Shown: positions 8,503-18,571, counted from the stretch's first letter. The stretch is DNA of 49,541 nt from an uncultured Lachnospiraceae bacterium (GCA_964389005.1 CAYMCV010000001.1:4957-54497); one strand, 5' to 3'. Notes: generated from the sequence alone by a model not told the origin. Made by a program: numbers and translations.

Positions 8503-11463
8503 ATGAATTTAAAAGAAACCAAATATGATGCATTTATCAGTTATCGACATTCAGAACTGGATAAGTATGTTGCAGAAACCTTACATAGACAATTGGAGAT
8601 GTTTCGTCTTCCCAAATCAATACTAAAACGACAGAAATTATCGCGTAAAAGGATTGAGCGGGTTTTTCGTGACAGAGACGAACTGCCGTTGGCAAGCAAT
8701 TTGGCAGAGCCGATTACCGAGGCATTAAAGAATTCGGATTTTCTGATTGTCATCTGCTCACCGCGTCTGCCGCAGTCGCAATGGTGCCGCAAGGAGATTG
8801 AGACATTTATTGCGATGCATGGAAGAGAGCGAGTATTTGCCGTGTTGGCGGAAGGAGAACCGTCGGAAGCGTTCCCGACGCAGTTGCAATATGAAGATAT
8901 AGAAGTGGTAAACGAGCGTGGAGAGAAAGAAATCGTTCGACGCATGATTGAGCCGTTGGCTGCGGATGTACGCGGGAAGAATCGTTCTGAGATCAAGAAG
9001 AAAATTAGGGAAGAAGTGTTGCGTCTTGCAGCACCGATGTTTGAATTAAATTATGATGATTTGAAACAACGTCATCGTGAGCAGCGTATGAAGAGAATTG
9101 TTGGTTTCACAGCTGCGATAGCGGGTGTGTTTTTGGCATTTGGTGCAGTCAGTACGACACTGGCATTGCGTATCAATCACCAATCCAAACTGATTGAACA
9201 ACAGAATGTCGAAATATCTGCGAAGAACGATGAAATAACCGCGCAAGCGGAGCAGATTGCGTTACAATATACGGAATCGCAGAAGGATTATGCCCGTGCA
9301 ATGGCTTCTGCATCGGAGCAAATGTTGGGTGACGGTAATTCTATGGCGGCTGTATATACGGCGATGAGTGTACTGCCGGAGAATTTGGAACAATCTGAGA
9401 TGCCGTATACACCGGAGGCAGAATATGCATTATCGAGAGCTTTGTATACCTATACGGCAGGCGGCAATTTCTTGCCTTATGATGTATATGATGCGGAATG
9501 CGAATTGAATTTTTACAAATTCAGTGAGGACGGGAGCAGAATGCTTTTGGCGGATAGCATTGACAGAGCAACAATATGGGATTTGGATACCCATGAAAAA
9601 GTGGCACAAATTCCGTGCAGTAGTTTGATTATGAGCAGCGACGCCGCATTCAAAGATAAGGATCATATTCTGTATAAAGGAAGCGGAGGCTTGATGGAGT
9701 ATGATATTGTCAACCAGACCGAAAGAATGATTTCTGAGAATTTCAGTGGAATTGCAGTATATCCGGAACACAATAAGTATATCGTGTGTGGATGGAATAT
9801 TGTTGAGTGCAGAGATTTGCAGAATGATGAAGTATTGTTTGAGATGGATTTGCCGGAGAACCACATACATGATGCAGAAATTATGTATATTACAGATGAT
9901 GGAGCATATATCATCATTGGAACAGAATCTGACGATAACTGTTATCTATCAGTATATCGCGGAGATAACGGTGAATTTGTCAAAATGATTCAGATTACGG
10001 AAGGGACAATAAAATCAGTTACAGAAGCCGCAGGGAAACTGTTTGTCATAACCAACGCTACAAAGAATTTTATCTCAATGGAAGGGTGGTGTACCTGTAT
10101 TGACTTAGCTTCTCTGGATGCAATATGGAGCAGAGTATGCATCGATAAGTATATCTACAAGGGGATTTATTGTGAGAGCGAAGGACAGGAGAGATTTATC
10201 ATTCAGACATATTACAATCTGATTTCGTTGGATGCAAATACCGGAGAAGAACTCTTTAGTCATCAAAGTGCAATTGAGATATTAAATATGTTTATGCCGG
10301 AAGATTCAGAGTCTGTTTTCTATATGTCGGAAGACGGATCGCTATTCTTCTACAATATTTTTACAGGCGTAAATGCGGATATGTCTTACTTTATAGAGTC
10401 ACCGAACAACCGATTGGGTGATTTCTATTGGAAAAAGGGTATAATCTTTCTGTTCCCAAGGAACTCAACAGATATCTTGGAATATCGCATCATGGAAAAC
10501 GGCAGTGCAGAGCCTATTGTAAAAATCGATTATGCAGCGCCAATGGTAATCAGTCCCCAGGGAACCACTTATTTGGAGAATCATACGAGGGACGGTTTGG
10601 CGACAAAGAGTATGCAGCTAAAAGATATCAATACACAGGAAGTGATTCAGAGTTTTGAAGCTCAGAAAGACGTGGCTGAATTTTGTTATGTCGGTGATGG
10701 GTCGGAAGCTGTAGCATTTATTGACAATTCCTGTAAGATATACAGTGTCAAAGACGGAAGTCTGATCAGAGAATTAAAGTTAGATGATGAAGATGATTAT
10801 TTCTCGAGCAGATTCAGTCCGAGCGGAAAAATGTTGATCATATCCAAGGGAGTTCAGAATGGTGTCAGAGCATACTCTTTGGAAACCGGAGAGATTTTGA
10901 TCAAAACACCGGATTGCGAGAAAGGTACCTCATTCAGTAATGTATATTTTGCTGAAACAGCGGATAAATTGGCTTGTAGAGATGAGGATAAAAACGAATT
11001 CAGATTCTATCATATTGGGGAGGAACAACCATATCAGACTGCAGATTTGAATCTTGGAAATGTCAACTCAATGACGTTTACAAGTGACGGGAAGTATTTT
11101 GTTACTTTGACCAAAGATTACAGCCTCGTATTCTATGACGCAGAGACTTTAGGAGAGGTTAAGACTTTTTATGACATACAAGCAGCTACGATTGACGGAA
11201 TTACGTATTATGAAGGAATTGGTCGATATATTGTTGATATAGCGAGCGGCGCTTATATGCTGGATGAGAATCTGAATATTGTTGCGGAGATTTGGAGTTA
11301 TTCGAGTTTCATTGTTGCCGAGAACAAGTTTGTTGTAAACGTTTCAAGAGAGGCAATGAAAATCCCATATTTTACGTATGAAGAATTACTCCAAAAAGGT
11401 GAGGAAAGAATTGAAGGATTTGAATTGTCAGAGAAGCTGAAAAAAGAGTATAATGTCAAGTAA
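8503..11463 (+). CDS. TIR domain - single TM helix - coiled coil - beta-propeller-like repeat protein
   Basis: Start taken at ATG 8503 (GGAG 6 nt upstream). The TIR signature is YDAFISYRHSELD...DFLIVICSPRLPQSQWCRKEIETF. The TM helix is IVGFTAAIAGVFLAFGAVSTTLAL (nt 9097-9168). At least 8 blade-like motifs follow, e.g. ATIWDLDTHEKV, VRAYSLETGEIL and LVFYDAETLGEV. Confidence 0.85.
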   Translation: MNLKETKYDAFISYRHSELDKYVAETLHRQLEMFRLPKSILKRQKLSRKRIERVFRDRDELPLASNLAEPITEALKNSDFLIVICSPRLPQSQWCRKEIETFIAMHGRERVFAVLAEGEPSEAFPTQLQYEDIEVVNERGEKEIVRRMIEPLAADVRGKNRSEIKKKIREEVLRLAAPMFELNYDDLKQRHREQRMKRIVGFTAAIAGVFLAFGAVSTTLALRINHQSKLIEQQNVEISAKNDEITAQAEQIALQYTESQKDYARAMASASEQMLGDGNSMAAVYTAMSVLPENLEQSEMPYTPEAEYALSRALYTYTAGGNFLPYDVYDAECELNFYKFSEDGSRMLLADSIDRATIWDLDTHEKVAQIPCSSLIMSSDAAFKDKDHILYKGSGGLMEYDIVNQTERMISENFSGIAVYPEHNKYIVCGWNIVECRDLQNDEVLFEMDLPENHIHDAEIMYITDDGAYIIIGTESDDNCYLSVYRGDNGEFVKMIQITEGTIKSVTEAAGKLFVITNATKNFISMEGWCTCIDLASLDAIWSRVCIDKYIYKGIYCESEGQERFIIQTYYNLISLDANTGEELFSHQSAIEILNMFMPEDSESVFYMSEDGSLFFYNIFTGVNADMSYFIESPNNRLGDFYWKKGIIFLFPRNSTDILEYRIMENGSAEPIVKIDYAAPMVISPQGTTYLENHTRDGLATKSMQLKDINTQEVIQSFEAQKDVAEFCYVGDGSEAVAFIDNSCKIYSVKDGSLIRELKLDDEDDYFSSRFSPSGKMLIISKGVQNGVRAYSLETGEILIKTPDCEKGTSFSNVYFAETADKLACRDEDKNEFRFYHIGEEQPYQTADLNLGNVNSMTFTSDGKYFVTLTKDYSLVFYDAETLGEVKTFYDIQAATIDGITYYEGIGRYIVDIASGAYMLDENLNIVAEIWSYSSFIVAENKFVVNVSREAMKIPYFTYEELLQKGEERIEGFELSEKLKKEYNVK
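11425..11454 (+). promoter_or_regulatory. candidate internal promoter for the flavoprotein/copA genes, embedded in the 3' end of the TIR CDS
   Basis: TTGTCA (11425-11430), 18-nt spacer, TATAAT (11449-11454). Confidence 0.4.
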
Positions 11464-11484
11464 GAAGTGAAAAGGAGCAAATGA

Positions 11485-12093
11485 ATGAAAGTTCTTTTAA
11501 TTAACGGAAGTCCGCACGAGAAGGGATGCACATATACCGCATTGGAAATCGTAGCACAACGATTGGGTGCACAAGGAGTCGAGACGGAAATCATTTGGAT
11601 TGGAAATCAACCGATTGGTGGGTGTATAGCTTGTGCAACTTGTAAAAAAACAGGAAAATGCATAATTGATGATTGTGTCAACGCAGTTTTGGAAAGACTG
11701 AATACAGCAGATGGTTTTGTATTCGGTGCACCGGTTCATTATGCGTCACCGACCGGCAACATGATTTCTTTCATGGATCGACTGTTTTATGCGGGAAGTG
11801 ATAAGATGCGTTATAAACCGGCGGCGGTTCTGACGTCGGCGAGACGTGCCGGTACCACAGCATCGTTGGATGTGCTTTCCAAGTATATTCAGTTTAATGA
11901 TATGCCGCTTGTTACCTCACGGTATTGGAACATGGTTTATGCTTCTAAGCCTGAGGATGTGCAAAAAGACAACGAAGGTATGCAGATTATGCGTGAGTTG
12001 GGTGACAATCTGGCGTGGATTTTGAAGTGTGTGGAACTCGGAGCACAAAACGGAATTACACATCCGATTCCGGAGGAAAAGATTTTTTCCTAA
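11485..12093 (+). CDS. iron-sulfur flavoprotein-like NAD(P)H-dependent FMN reductase (flavodoxin-fold)
   Basis: MKVLLINGSPHEKGCT N-terminus and a compact Cys motif CIACATCKKTGKC (CX2CX2CX5C) as in Isf-type proteins. 202 aa. Confidence 0.8.
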   Translation: MKVLLINGSPHEKGCTYTALEIVAQRLGAQGVETEIIWIGNQPIGGCIACATCKKTGKCIIDDCVNAVLERLNTADGFVFGAPVHYASPTGNMISFMDRLFYAGSDKMRYKPAAVLTSARRAGTTASLDVLSKYIQFNDMPLVTSRYWNMVYASKPEDVQKDNEGMQIMRELGDNLAWILKCVELGAQNGITHPIPEEKIFS

Positions 12094-12117
12094 CGGCGGA
12101 GTGTCAGGAGGCAATCA

Positions 12118-14469
12118 ATGAAAAAAACACAGAAATTTCAAGTACGCGGTATGGGATGTGCGGCATGTGTGGCTGCGGTTGAGAAGCATACGCGCGCACT
12201 AAAAGGAGTCGAGGTTTCGGAGGTAAATTTACTGACGAACAGTATGTTGGTCACATACGATACGAATTTGTGTAATACGGAGTTACTAATCAAAGTGGTC
12301 GAAGATGCAGGCTTTACTGCAGAGGCCGAGGATGATGGGGATGATGAGAATCCGGAAGCCGGTATGCGGCATCGGAAAGAGCGTCGAGAAGAAATCAAAG
12401 CCAAAGATAAACGAAGCGGCGTACGCATGAGAATCCGGCTGGTTTTGTCGATACTCTTTTGGGTGCCGCTGATGTTTCTTGCAATGTATCATATGTTCGG
12501 AGCCATCATACCGCAACGCATCATCAGTGCATTGGATGCACGTTTTCAAGGAACGCAGAATGCTTATTTTTATGCATTTTCGCAGTTCCTTCTTTTGCTT
12601 CCGATACTGGTATTGAATTATCGCTATTTTACCGGCGGATTTCGGGCGGTTTTGAAAGGAAGACCGAATATGGATACGTTGATTGCCATCGGAAGTACTG
12701 CGGCAACAGGCTACGGAATATATGCGACAATTGTAATGTATCTTGGTATGCGTTCAGGAAATGCAGTGCTTGCGGAGCAATATAGCCATGAGTTGTATTT
12801 CGAGACAGCCGGAACGATACTTACGTTGATTACGGTAGGGAAGTATTTGGAGAGCGTCAGCAAAGGAAAAACAAAAGCGGCGTTGGAAAAATTGATGGAT
12901 CTTGCCCCACAGAAGGCAATTGTAGTAAGAAATGGGAAAGAAACAGAAATCCCAACAGACGAAGTGATGGTTGGGGATATTTTTATCCTAAAACCGGGTA
13001 GTCGTGTACCGGTTGACGGAATTGTGACAGAAGGACACAGTAGTGTCGATGAGTCTGCAATTACGGGAGAGAGCATGCCTGCGGAGAAAACAGTCGGGAG
13101 TAACGTTGTTTCCGCAACCGTGAATAAAGACGGTGTTTTGCGTTGTGAGGCTGTAAAAGTAGGAGATGATACAACACTTCATAAAATTGTGGAATTGGTG
13201 GAGCAGGCGGGAATGAAGAAGGCACCGATTGCAGGTCTTGCAGACCGTGTTGCGGGTGTGTTTGTACCTGTGGTTATGGGAATCGCGGTGGTATCCATGG
13301 CGATATGGCTGATCTGCGGAGCATCTTTTTCATTTGCGATGTCCATTGGTATCGCTGTTTTGGTCATTTCCTGTCCCTGCGCACTGGGGCTTGCAACCCC
13401 GGTTGCAATTATGGTCGGAACCGGCATTGGTGCGGGCAAAGGGATATTGATTAAATCAGGAGAAAGCCTACAGGCAGCCGGTGAGGTGGATACGGTGGTA
13501 TTCGACAAAACCGGAACGCTGACCAAGGGAGAACCTCAGGTAAAAGAAGTCACCGTATGGAGTACACAGTATTCCAAAACCGAAGTATTGCGGTTGGGAG
13601 CGATATTGGAAGAAGGAAGCGAGCATCCGCTGGCAAAAGCGGTTATCAAACGTGCAGAAGAAATGCGCGAAAAAGAACTGACGCAAATACATGACAAAGC
13701 GAAAGTGGAGTCATTTACGGCGATTCCAGGAAAAGGAATCAAGGCGGTTTATCGCGCGGAGGCATTCATTATCGGAAATCGTGCTATGATGGACGAACAT
13801 GAAATTGAGATATCCGATGAGCAGGAAATGCGGATTCGGGCGTCAGAGGAGAAATCATATACACCGTTGCTTATGGCAAAAGAACGGGAATTGGTTGGTA
13901 TGTTTTCCATTGCGGATACGTTGAAAGAGACCTCAAAAGAAGCGGTTGCGGAATTGAAACATCATGGAATCAAAACCGTGATGTTAACCGGGGATTCCAA
14001 ATTGGTTGCGAATCGTATTGGCGATGAGGTCGGTATTGAACAGATTTTTTCGGAAGTTCTTCCTTGGGAAAAGGAACAATGTATTCGAGAATTGACCGAG
14101 AGCGGAAGCAAAGTTGCAATGGTTGGAGACGGAATCAATGACGCTCCGCCGTTGGTTGCGGCACATGTCGGGATTGCCATTGGTGCAGGAACGGATATCG
14201 CGATTGAGAGTGCAGATATTGTGTTGATGCACAGCGATCCGAAGGATGTTTATCGTGCAATCGCATTGAGTCGCGATGTGATGCGGAATATCAAGCAGAA
14301 TCTGTTTTGGGCATTTTTTTACAACAGTATCGGAATTCCGCTTGCAGCAGGTGCGTTGTATCCGCTGTTTGGAATTCGTATGAATCCGATGTTTGGGGCG
14401 GCAGCCATGAGCTTAAGCAGCCTTTTTGTGGTTGGAAATGCATTACGGCTTCGATTGAAAAAAAGATAA
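12118..14469 (+). CDS. copA: copper-translocating P1B-type ATPase
   Basis: N-terminal HMA domain with GMGCAAC; CPC in TM6 (SCPCALGLATP); DKTGTLT; GDGINDAP; the Cu(I)-type YN (FFYNSIG) and MSLSS motifs. Confidence 0.95.
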   Translation: MKKTQKFQVRGMGCAACVAAVEKHTRALKGVEVSEVNLLTNSMLVTYDTNLCNTELLIKVVEDAGFTAEAEDDGDDENPEAGMRHRKERREEIKAKDKRSGVRMRIRLVLSILFWVPLMFLAMYHMFGAIIPQRIISALDARFQGTQNAYFYAFSQFLLLLPILVLNYRYFTGGFRAVLKGRPNMDTLIAIGSTAATGYGIYATIVMYLGMRSGNAVLAEQYSHELYFETAGTILTLITVGKYLESVSKGKTKAALEKLMDLAPQKAIVVRNGKETEIPTDEVMVGDIFILKPGSRVPVDGIVTEGHSSVDESAITGESMPAEKTVGSNVVSATVNKDGVLRCEAVKVGDDTTLHKIVELVEQAGMKKAPIAGLADRVAGVFVPVVMGIAVVSMAIWLICGASFSFAMSIGIAVLVISCPCALGLATPVAIMVGTGIGAGKGILIKSGESLQAAGEVDTVVFDKTGTLTKGEPQVKEVTVWSTQYSKTEVLRLGAILEEGSEHPLAKAVIKRAEEMREKELTQIHDKAKVESFTAIPGKGIKAVYRAEAFIIGNRAMMDEHEIEISDEQEMRIRASEEKSYTPLLMAKERELVGMFSIADTLKETSKEAVAELKHHGIKTVMLTGDSKLVANRIGDEVGIEQIFSEVLPWEKEQCIRELTESGSKVAMVGDGINDAPPLVAAHVGIAIGAGTDIAIESADIVLMHSDPKDVYRAIALSRDVMRNIKQNLFWAFFYNSIGIPLAAGALYPLFGIRMNPMFGAAAMSLSSLFVVGNALRLRLKKR

Positions 14470-14503
14470 ATATGAATAATCGAAACTTTTTATGTTAAAG
14501 GTA

Positions 14504-14531
14504 TTGACATTTTTAGCCATGCTGTTATATT
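14504..14531 (+). promoter_or_regulatory. sigma-A-type promoter for clpB with extended -10
   Basis: TTGACA (14504-14509), 16-nt spacer, TGtTATATT (14523-14531). Confidence 0.5.
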
Positions 14532-14581
14532 ACATATAGAACAGATAACGCATAAAAGTTTTTTGACAGGGAGGTGTACTT

Positions 14582-17194
14582 ATGGATGCATCGAAATTTA
14601 CACAAAAATCACGCGAAGCGCTGCAAATGTGTGAGAAGGCGGCGTTTGAATACGGGAATCAGGAACTGACGCAGGAACACTTGTTGTATGCGCTTCTTTC
14701 TGTTGACGACAGTTTGATTCTTAAGTTAATCGAACGAATGGAAATTGATAAAACACACTTTTCAAATCGTATCGTACGAGAATTGGAGAAAAAACCGAAG
14801 GTGCAGGGAGGAGAAGTATATTTGGGACAGAGTCTTAACCGTGTCCTGATGGCAGCTCCGGACGAGGCGCAGAATATGGGGGATGAGTATGTCTCCGTAG
14901 AGCATCTGTTTCTTGCCATGTTGCAGTATCCGTCAAAAGAAATGAAGGAGGTTTTCCGCGAGTATGGAATTACCAGAGAGCGTTTTTTAAAGACCTTGTC
15001 GACGGTTCGCGGAAATCAAAGGGTTACGGGAGACAATCCGGAAGCAACGTATGACACGCTTGTGAAGTACGGACAAGATTTGGTGGAAAAGGCAAGAGAA
15101 CAGAAACTTGATCCCGTCATCGGGCGTGACAGCGAGATTCGAAACGTGATTCGAATTTTATCGAGAAAAACAAAGAATAATCCGGTGCTCATTGGTGAAC
15201 CGGGTGTCGGAAAGACCGCGGTTGTGGAGGGATTGGCACAGAGAATCGTGCGAGGTGATGTTCCGCTTGGATTGAAGGATAAAAAGGTATTTGCGCTGGA
15301 TATGGGTGCATTGGTTGCGGGAGCAAAGTATCGCGGTGAGTTTGAGGAACGTTTAAAGGCTGTTCTCGACGAAGTGAAGAAGTCGGAAGGGCAGATTATC
15401 CTTTTTATTGATGAATTGCATACAATTGTAGGAGCAGGTAAGACCGACGGCGCACTGGATGCGGGAAATATGCTAAAACCGATGCTTGCCCGGGGCGAAC
15501 TGCATTGTATCGGAGCAACGACACTTGATGAGTATCGGCAGTATATTGAGAAGGATGCGGCATTGGAGAGACGTTTCCAGCCGGTCATGGTTGAGGAACC
15601 GACGGTGGAGGATACCATTTCCATTTTGCGTGGACTGAAAGAGCGCTATGAGGTTTATCATGGTGTAAAAATCATGGATAATGCGCTGGTCAGCGCTGCC
15701 GTATTGTCAAATCGATACATTTCGGACCGCTTTTTACCGGATAAGGCCATTGATTTGGTGGATGAAGCCTGCGCACTGATTAAGACCGAACTGGATTCCA
15801 TGCCGACGGAATTGGATGAAATGCAGAGAAGAATCATGCAGATGGAGATTGAAGAAGCGGCATTGAAGAAAGAAGAAGACCGTTTGAGCATGGAGCGGTT
15901 ACAGAATTTACAACGCGAACTTGCAGAAGAAAAAGAGGTATTTTCTGCGCAGAAGGCGCAGTGGGAGAACGAGAAGGCTTCGGTTGCGAAACTGAGTAAA
16001 CTGCGTGAAGAAATCGACGATTTAAATCGTCAAATTCAGGTAGCGCAACGCGACGGAGACCTTGAAAAGGCAGCGGAGTTGAGTTACGGAACATTGCCGA
16101 ACCTTCGAAAAACCTTGGAAACGGAAGAGGAACAGATGAAGAAATCGGGGTTACAACTCTTGCATGAGAGTGTATCCGAAGAAGAAATTGCGAGAATTAT
16201 ATCGCGTTGGACGGGGATACCGGTTGCGAAACTGACGGAATCCGAGAGAAATAAGACGTTACACTTATCAGATGAACTTCATAAGCGTGTCATCGGGCAA
16301 GAGGAAGGTGTAACCATGGTAACGGAGGCAATTTTACGTTCCAAGGCCGGAATCAAAGATCCAACGAAACCCATCGGCTCATTTCTGTTTCTGGGGCCGA
16401 CAGGTGTCGGGAAGACGGAACTTGCCAAATCGCTGGCGGCAACGTTGTTTGATGATGAGAACAATATTGTCAGAATCGACATGAGTGAATATATGGAGAA
16501 GTTCTCGGTATCAAGATTGATCGGAGCGCCTCCGGGATATGTCGGCTACGATGAGGGCGGTCAACTGACAGAAGCAGTCAGACGGAAACCGTATGCCGTT
16601 GTATTGTTTGATGAGATTGAAAAAGCGCATCCCGATGTATATAATGTGTTGTTACAGGTTTTGGATGACGGACGTATTACGGATTCTCAAGGCAGAACGG
16701 TTGATTTCAAGAATACCATTTTGATTATGACATCCAATATCGGTGCTCATTATCTTCTGGACGGAATTGGTGAAGACGGAGAAATTGCACAGAGTGCAAT
16801 CGACAATGTGATGGAGGAATTGCGTGACGATTTTAAACCGGAATTTTTAAACCGTCTGGATGAAATTGTAATGTTTAAACCGCTTCGTCGTGAGAATATC
16901 AAGGGAATCGTGCAATTAATCATTGATGACTTGAATCGCAGATTGGATGATAAAGAGATTAAAATACGCTTGACGAAAGAGGGAGAAGAATTTATCGTAG
17001 AGAATGGATACGATCCAACTTACGGTGCGCGCCCATTGAAACGTTTTATTCAGAAACATGTGGAGACGTTGTTGGCCAAACTGATCCTGTCCGGTGAAGT
17101 CGGATGTAAAGATACGGTAATGATTGGTGTCAAAGACGGCAACCTGCAGGCGGTATCGATTCAAAAAGAAGAGAATGACGAGAGGGCACTGTAA
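14582..17194 (+). CDS. clpB: ATP-dependent chaperone ClpB
   Basis: 870 aa. Two AAA+ modules (GEPGVGKTA and GPTGVGKTE), a long middle coiled-coil domain and a Clp N-domain. Confidence 0.97.
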   Translation: MDASKFTQKSREALQMCEKAAFEYGNQELTQEHLLYALLSVDDSLILKLIERMEIDKTHFSNRIVRELEKKPKVQGGEVYLGQSLNRVLMAAPDEAQNMGDEYVSVEHLFLAMLQYPSKEMKEVFREYGITRERFLKTLSTVRGNQRVTGDNPEATYDTLVKYGQDLVEKAREQKLDPVIGRDSEIRNVIRILSRKTKNNPVLIGEPGVGKTAVVEGLAQRIVRGDVPLGLKDKKVFALDMGALVAGAKYRGEFEERLKAVLDEVKKSEGQIILFIDELHTIVGAGKTDGALDAGNMLKPMLARGELHCIGATTLDEYRQYIEKDAALERRFQPVMVEEPTVEDTISILRGLKERYEVYHGVKIMDNALVSAAVLSNRYISDRFLPDKAIDLVDEACALIKTELDSMPTELDEMQRRIMQMEIEEAALKKEEDRLSMERLQNLQRELAEEKEVFSAQKAQWENEKASVAKLSKLREEIDDLNRQIQVAQRDGDLEKAAELSYGTLPNLRKTLETEEEQMKKSGLQLLHESVSEEEIARIISRWTGIPVAKLTESERNKTLHLSDELHKRVIGQEEGVTMVTEAILRSKAGIKDPTKPIGSFLFLGPTGVGKTELAKSLAATLFDDENNIVRIDMSEYMEKFSVSRLIGAPPGYVGYDEGGQLTEAVRRKPYAVVLFDEIEKAHPDVYNVLLQVLDDGRITDSQGRTVDFKNTILIMTSNIGAHYLLDGIGEDGEIAQSAIDNVMEELRDDFKPEFLNRLDEIVMFKPLRRENIKGIVQLIIDDLNRRLDDKEIKIRLTKEGEEFIVENGYDPTYGARPLKRFIQKHVETLLAKLILSGEVGCKDTVMIGVKDGNLQAVSIQKEENDERAL

Positions 17195-17367
17195 TGATAC
17201 CGAAGGATAGCGTGATGCTACTTAGTTATATCAACACGAAGTTGAGGGATTTTTATCCGAATTTGGAACGTCTGTGTGAGGAAGAAGATGCAGATATGAG
17301 TGCGATTGTTACGCAACTTGCACAGATGGATTATCACTACGATAAGGAGAAAAACCAATTTGTCTGA
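17194..17367 (+). CDS. small DUF4250-like protein (57 aa), absent from the supplied ORF track
   Basis: [57 protein letters not shown]. The ATG shares one nt with the clpB TAA (TAATG). The sequence matches my recollection of the DUF4250 pattern (LLS.VNTKLRD.Y......NQFV). Confidence 0.7.
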   Translation: MIPKDSVMLLSYINTKLRDFYPNLERLCEEEDADMSAIVTQLAQMDYHYDKEKNQFV

Positions 17368-18571
17368 ACAGATATCGGTCACCATACCAAACGGAAATTG
17401 TACGAATTGTACACAATGCGGCTTGTGTCAAAAAGGAAATCAAACTACGGTAGTAACAGATAGCGTATCGGCACCCATACAGGGTGCCGATGCCGAACAT
17501 CGTGTTGCAAGAACGGTCGTTGCCATCGATTTGGGAACCACGACGATTGCGATGTATCGACTTGATGCTGATACCGGGGAGCAATTGGGTGTATTCGTGG
17601 CATTGAATCCGCAACAGGTACACGGTGCGGATGTATTGTCGCGCATCTGTGCTGCTGCGGACGGCAAATCCGAAGAATTACAACGACTTTTGATAGAAAC
17701 ACTGGAGGCGGGAATACGAAAAGTGGCAAAAGAACCGCCGGAGATGATTGTGGTTGCGGGTAATACCGTTATGCAATATTTGTTGCTTGGTTACGACCCG
17801 GCGGAACTCGGTGTCTATCCGTTTCTTGCCCGTAACACGGCACAGGCGGAACTTACCATTGACGGAATCAGAACCATTGTCATGCCGGGGATATCTGCTT
17901 TTATCGGAGGAGATATTGTTTCCGGACTTGCGGCTTTGGAATTTGATCAAAAATCATCCGTTTCGTTGCTCTTGGATCTCGGAACGAATGCGGAAATGGT
18001 TATCGGAAATGGAGAACATATGCTTGCGACTTCTGCGGCGGCGGGACCTGCATTCGATAATAAGGTAAAAGGAACGCAACTGATTCAAGCGGTTGCTGCT
18101 TTGTTGCGTGAAGGAAAAGCGGATTCTACCGGTTGCCTCATCGAGGAATACTTTGATTCAGGTGTCCGCGTGGGAAATACATTGATTACGCAAAGCGACA
18201 TCCGCGCGCTTCAGACGGCAAAGGCGGCGATTCGTGCCGGATTGGAAGTCCTGACGGCGAAGTATGGATGCTTGGCGGAAGAAGTGGAGCAGGTCTTTTT
18301 ATCGGGGGGCTTCGGATACTATCTCGATTTGGAGTCCGCTTTTATCATTGGAATGTTTCCGGAATGGATGCGCGGACGAATTACGGTTTCGGGCAATACA
18401 TCATTGGAGGGCGCATATCGTTATGCCATGGCGAATGCACATGGCGAGCATACCTATGAAGAACGATTGCACCGATTGTGTAAGGCGACACAGGAGATGA
18501 ATTTAGCGGAGCAGGAAGCATTTTCACAATGCTTCATTCAGTATATGAACTTTCCGGAGGATACCGTCTAA
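17360..18571 (+). CDS. ASKHA-fold ATPase domain protein (DUF4445 / corrinoid-activase-like), N-terminal Cys cluster
   Basis: VAIDLGTTTIAM phosphate-1 motif, LLLDLGTNAEMV and FLSGGFG. N-terminal CTNCTQCGLC. The start is uncertain: TTG 17360 has AGGAG 10 nt upstream, and the track start at 17300 lies inside the DUF4250 gene. Confidence 0.7.
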   Translation: MSEQISVTIPNGNCTNCTQCGLCQKGNQTTVVTDSVSAPIQGADAEHRVARTVVAIDLGTTTIAMYRLDADTGEQLGVFVALNPQQVHGADVLSRICAAADGKSEELQRLLIETLEAGIRKVAKEPPEMIVVAGNTVMQYLLLGYDPAELGVYPFLARNTAQAELTIDGIRTIVMPGISAFIGGDIVSGLAALEFDQKSSVSLLLDLGTNAEMVIGNGEHMLATSAAAGPAFDNKVKGTQLIQAVAALLREGKADSTGCLIEEYFDSGVRVGNTLITQSDIRALQTAKAAIRAGLEVLTAKYGCLAEEVEQVFLSGGFGYYLDLESAFIIGMFPEWMRGRITVSGNTSLEGAYRYAMANAHGEHTYEERLHRLCKATQEMNLAEQEAFSQCFIQYMNFPEDTV

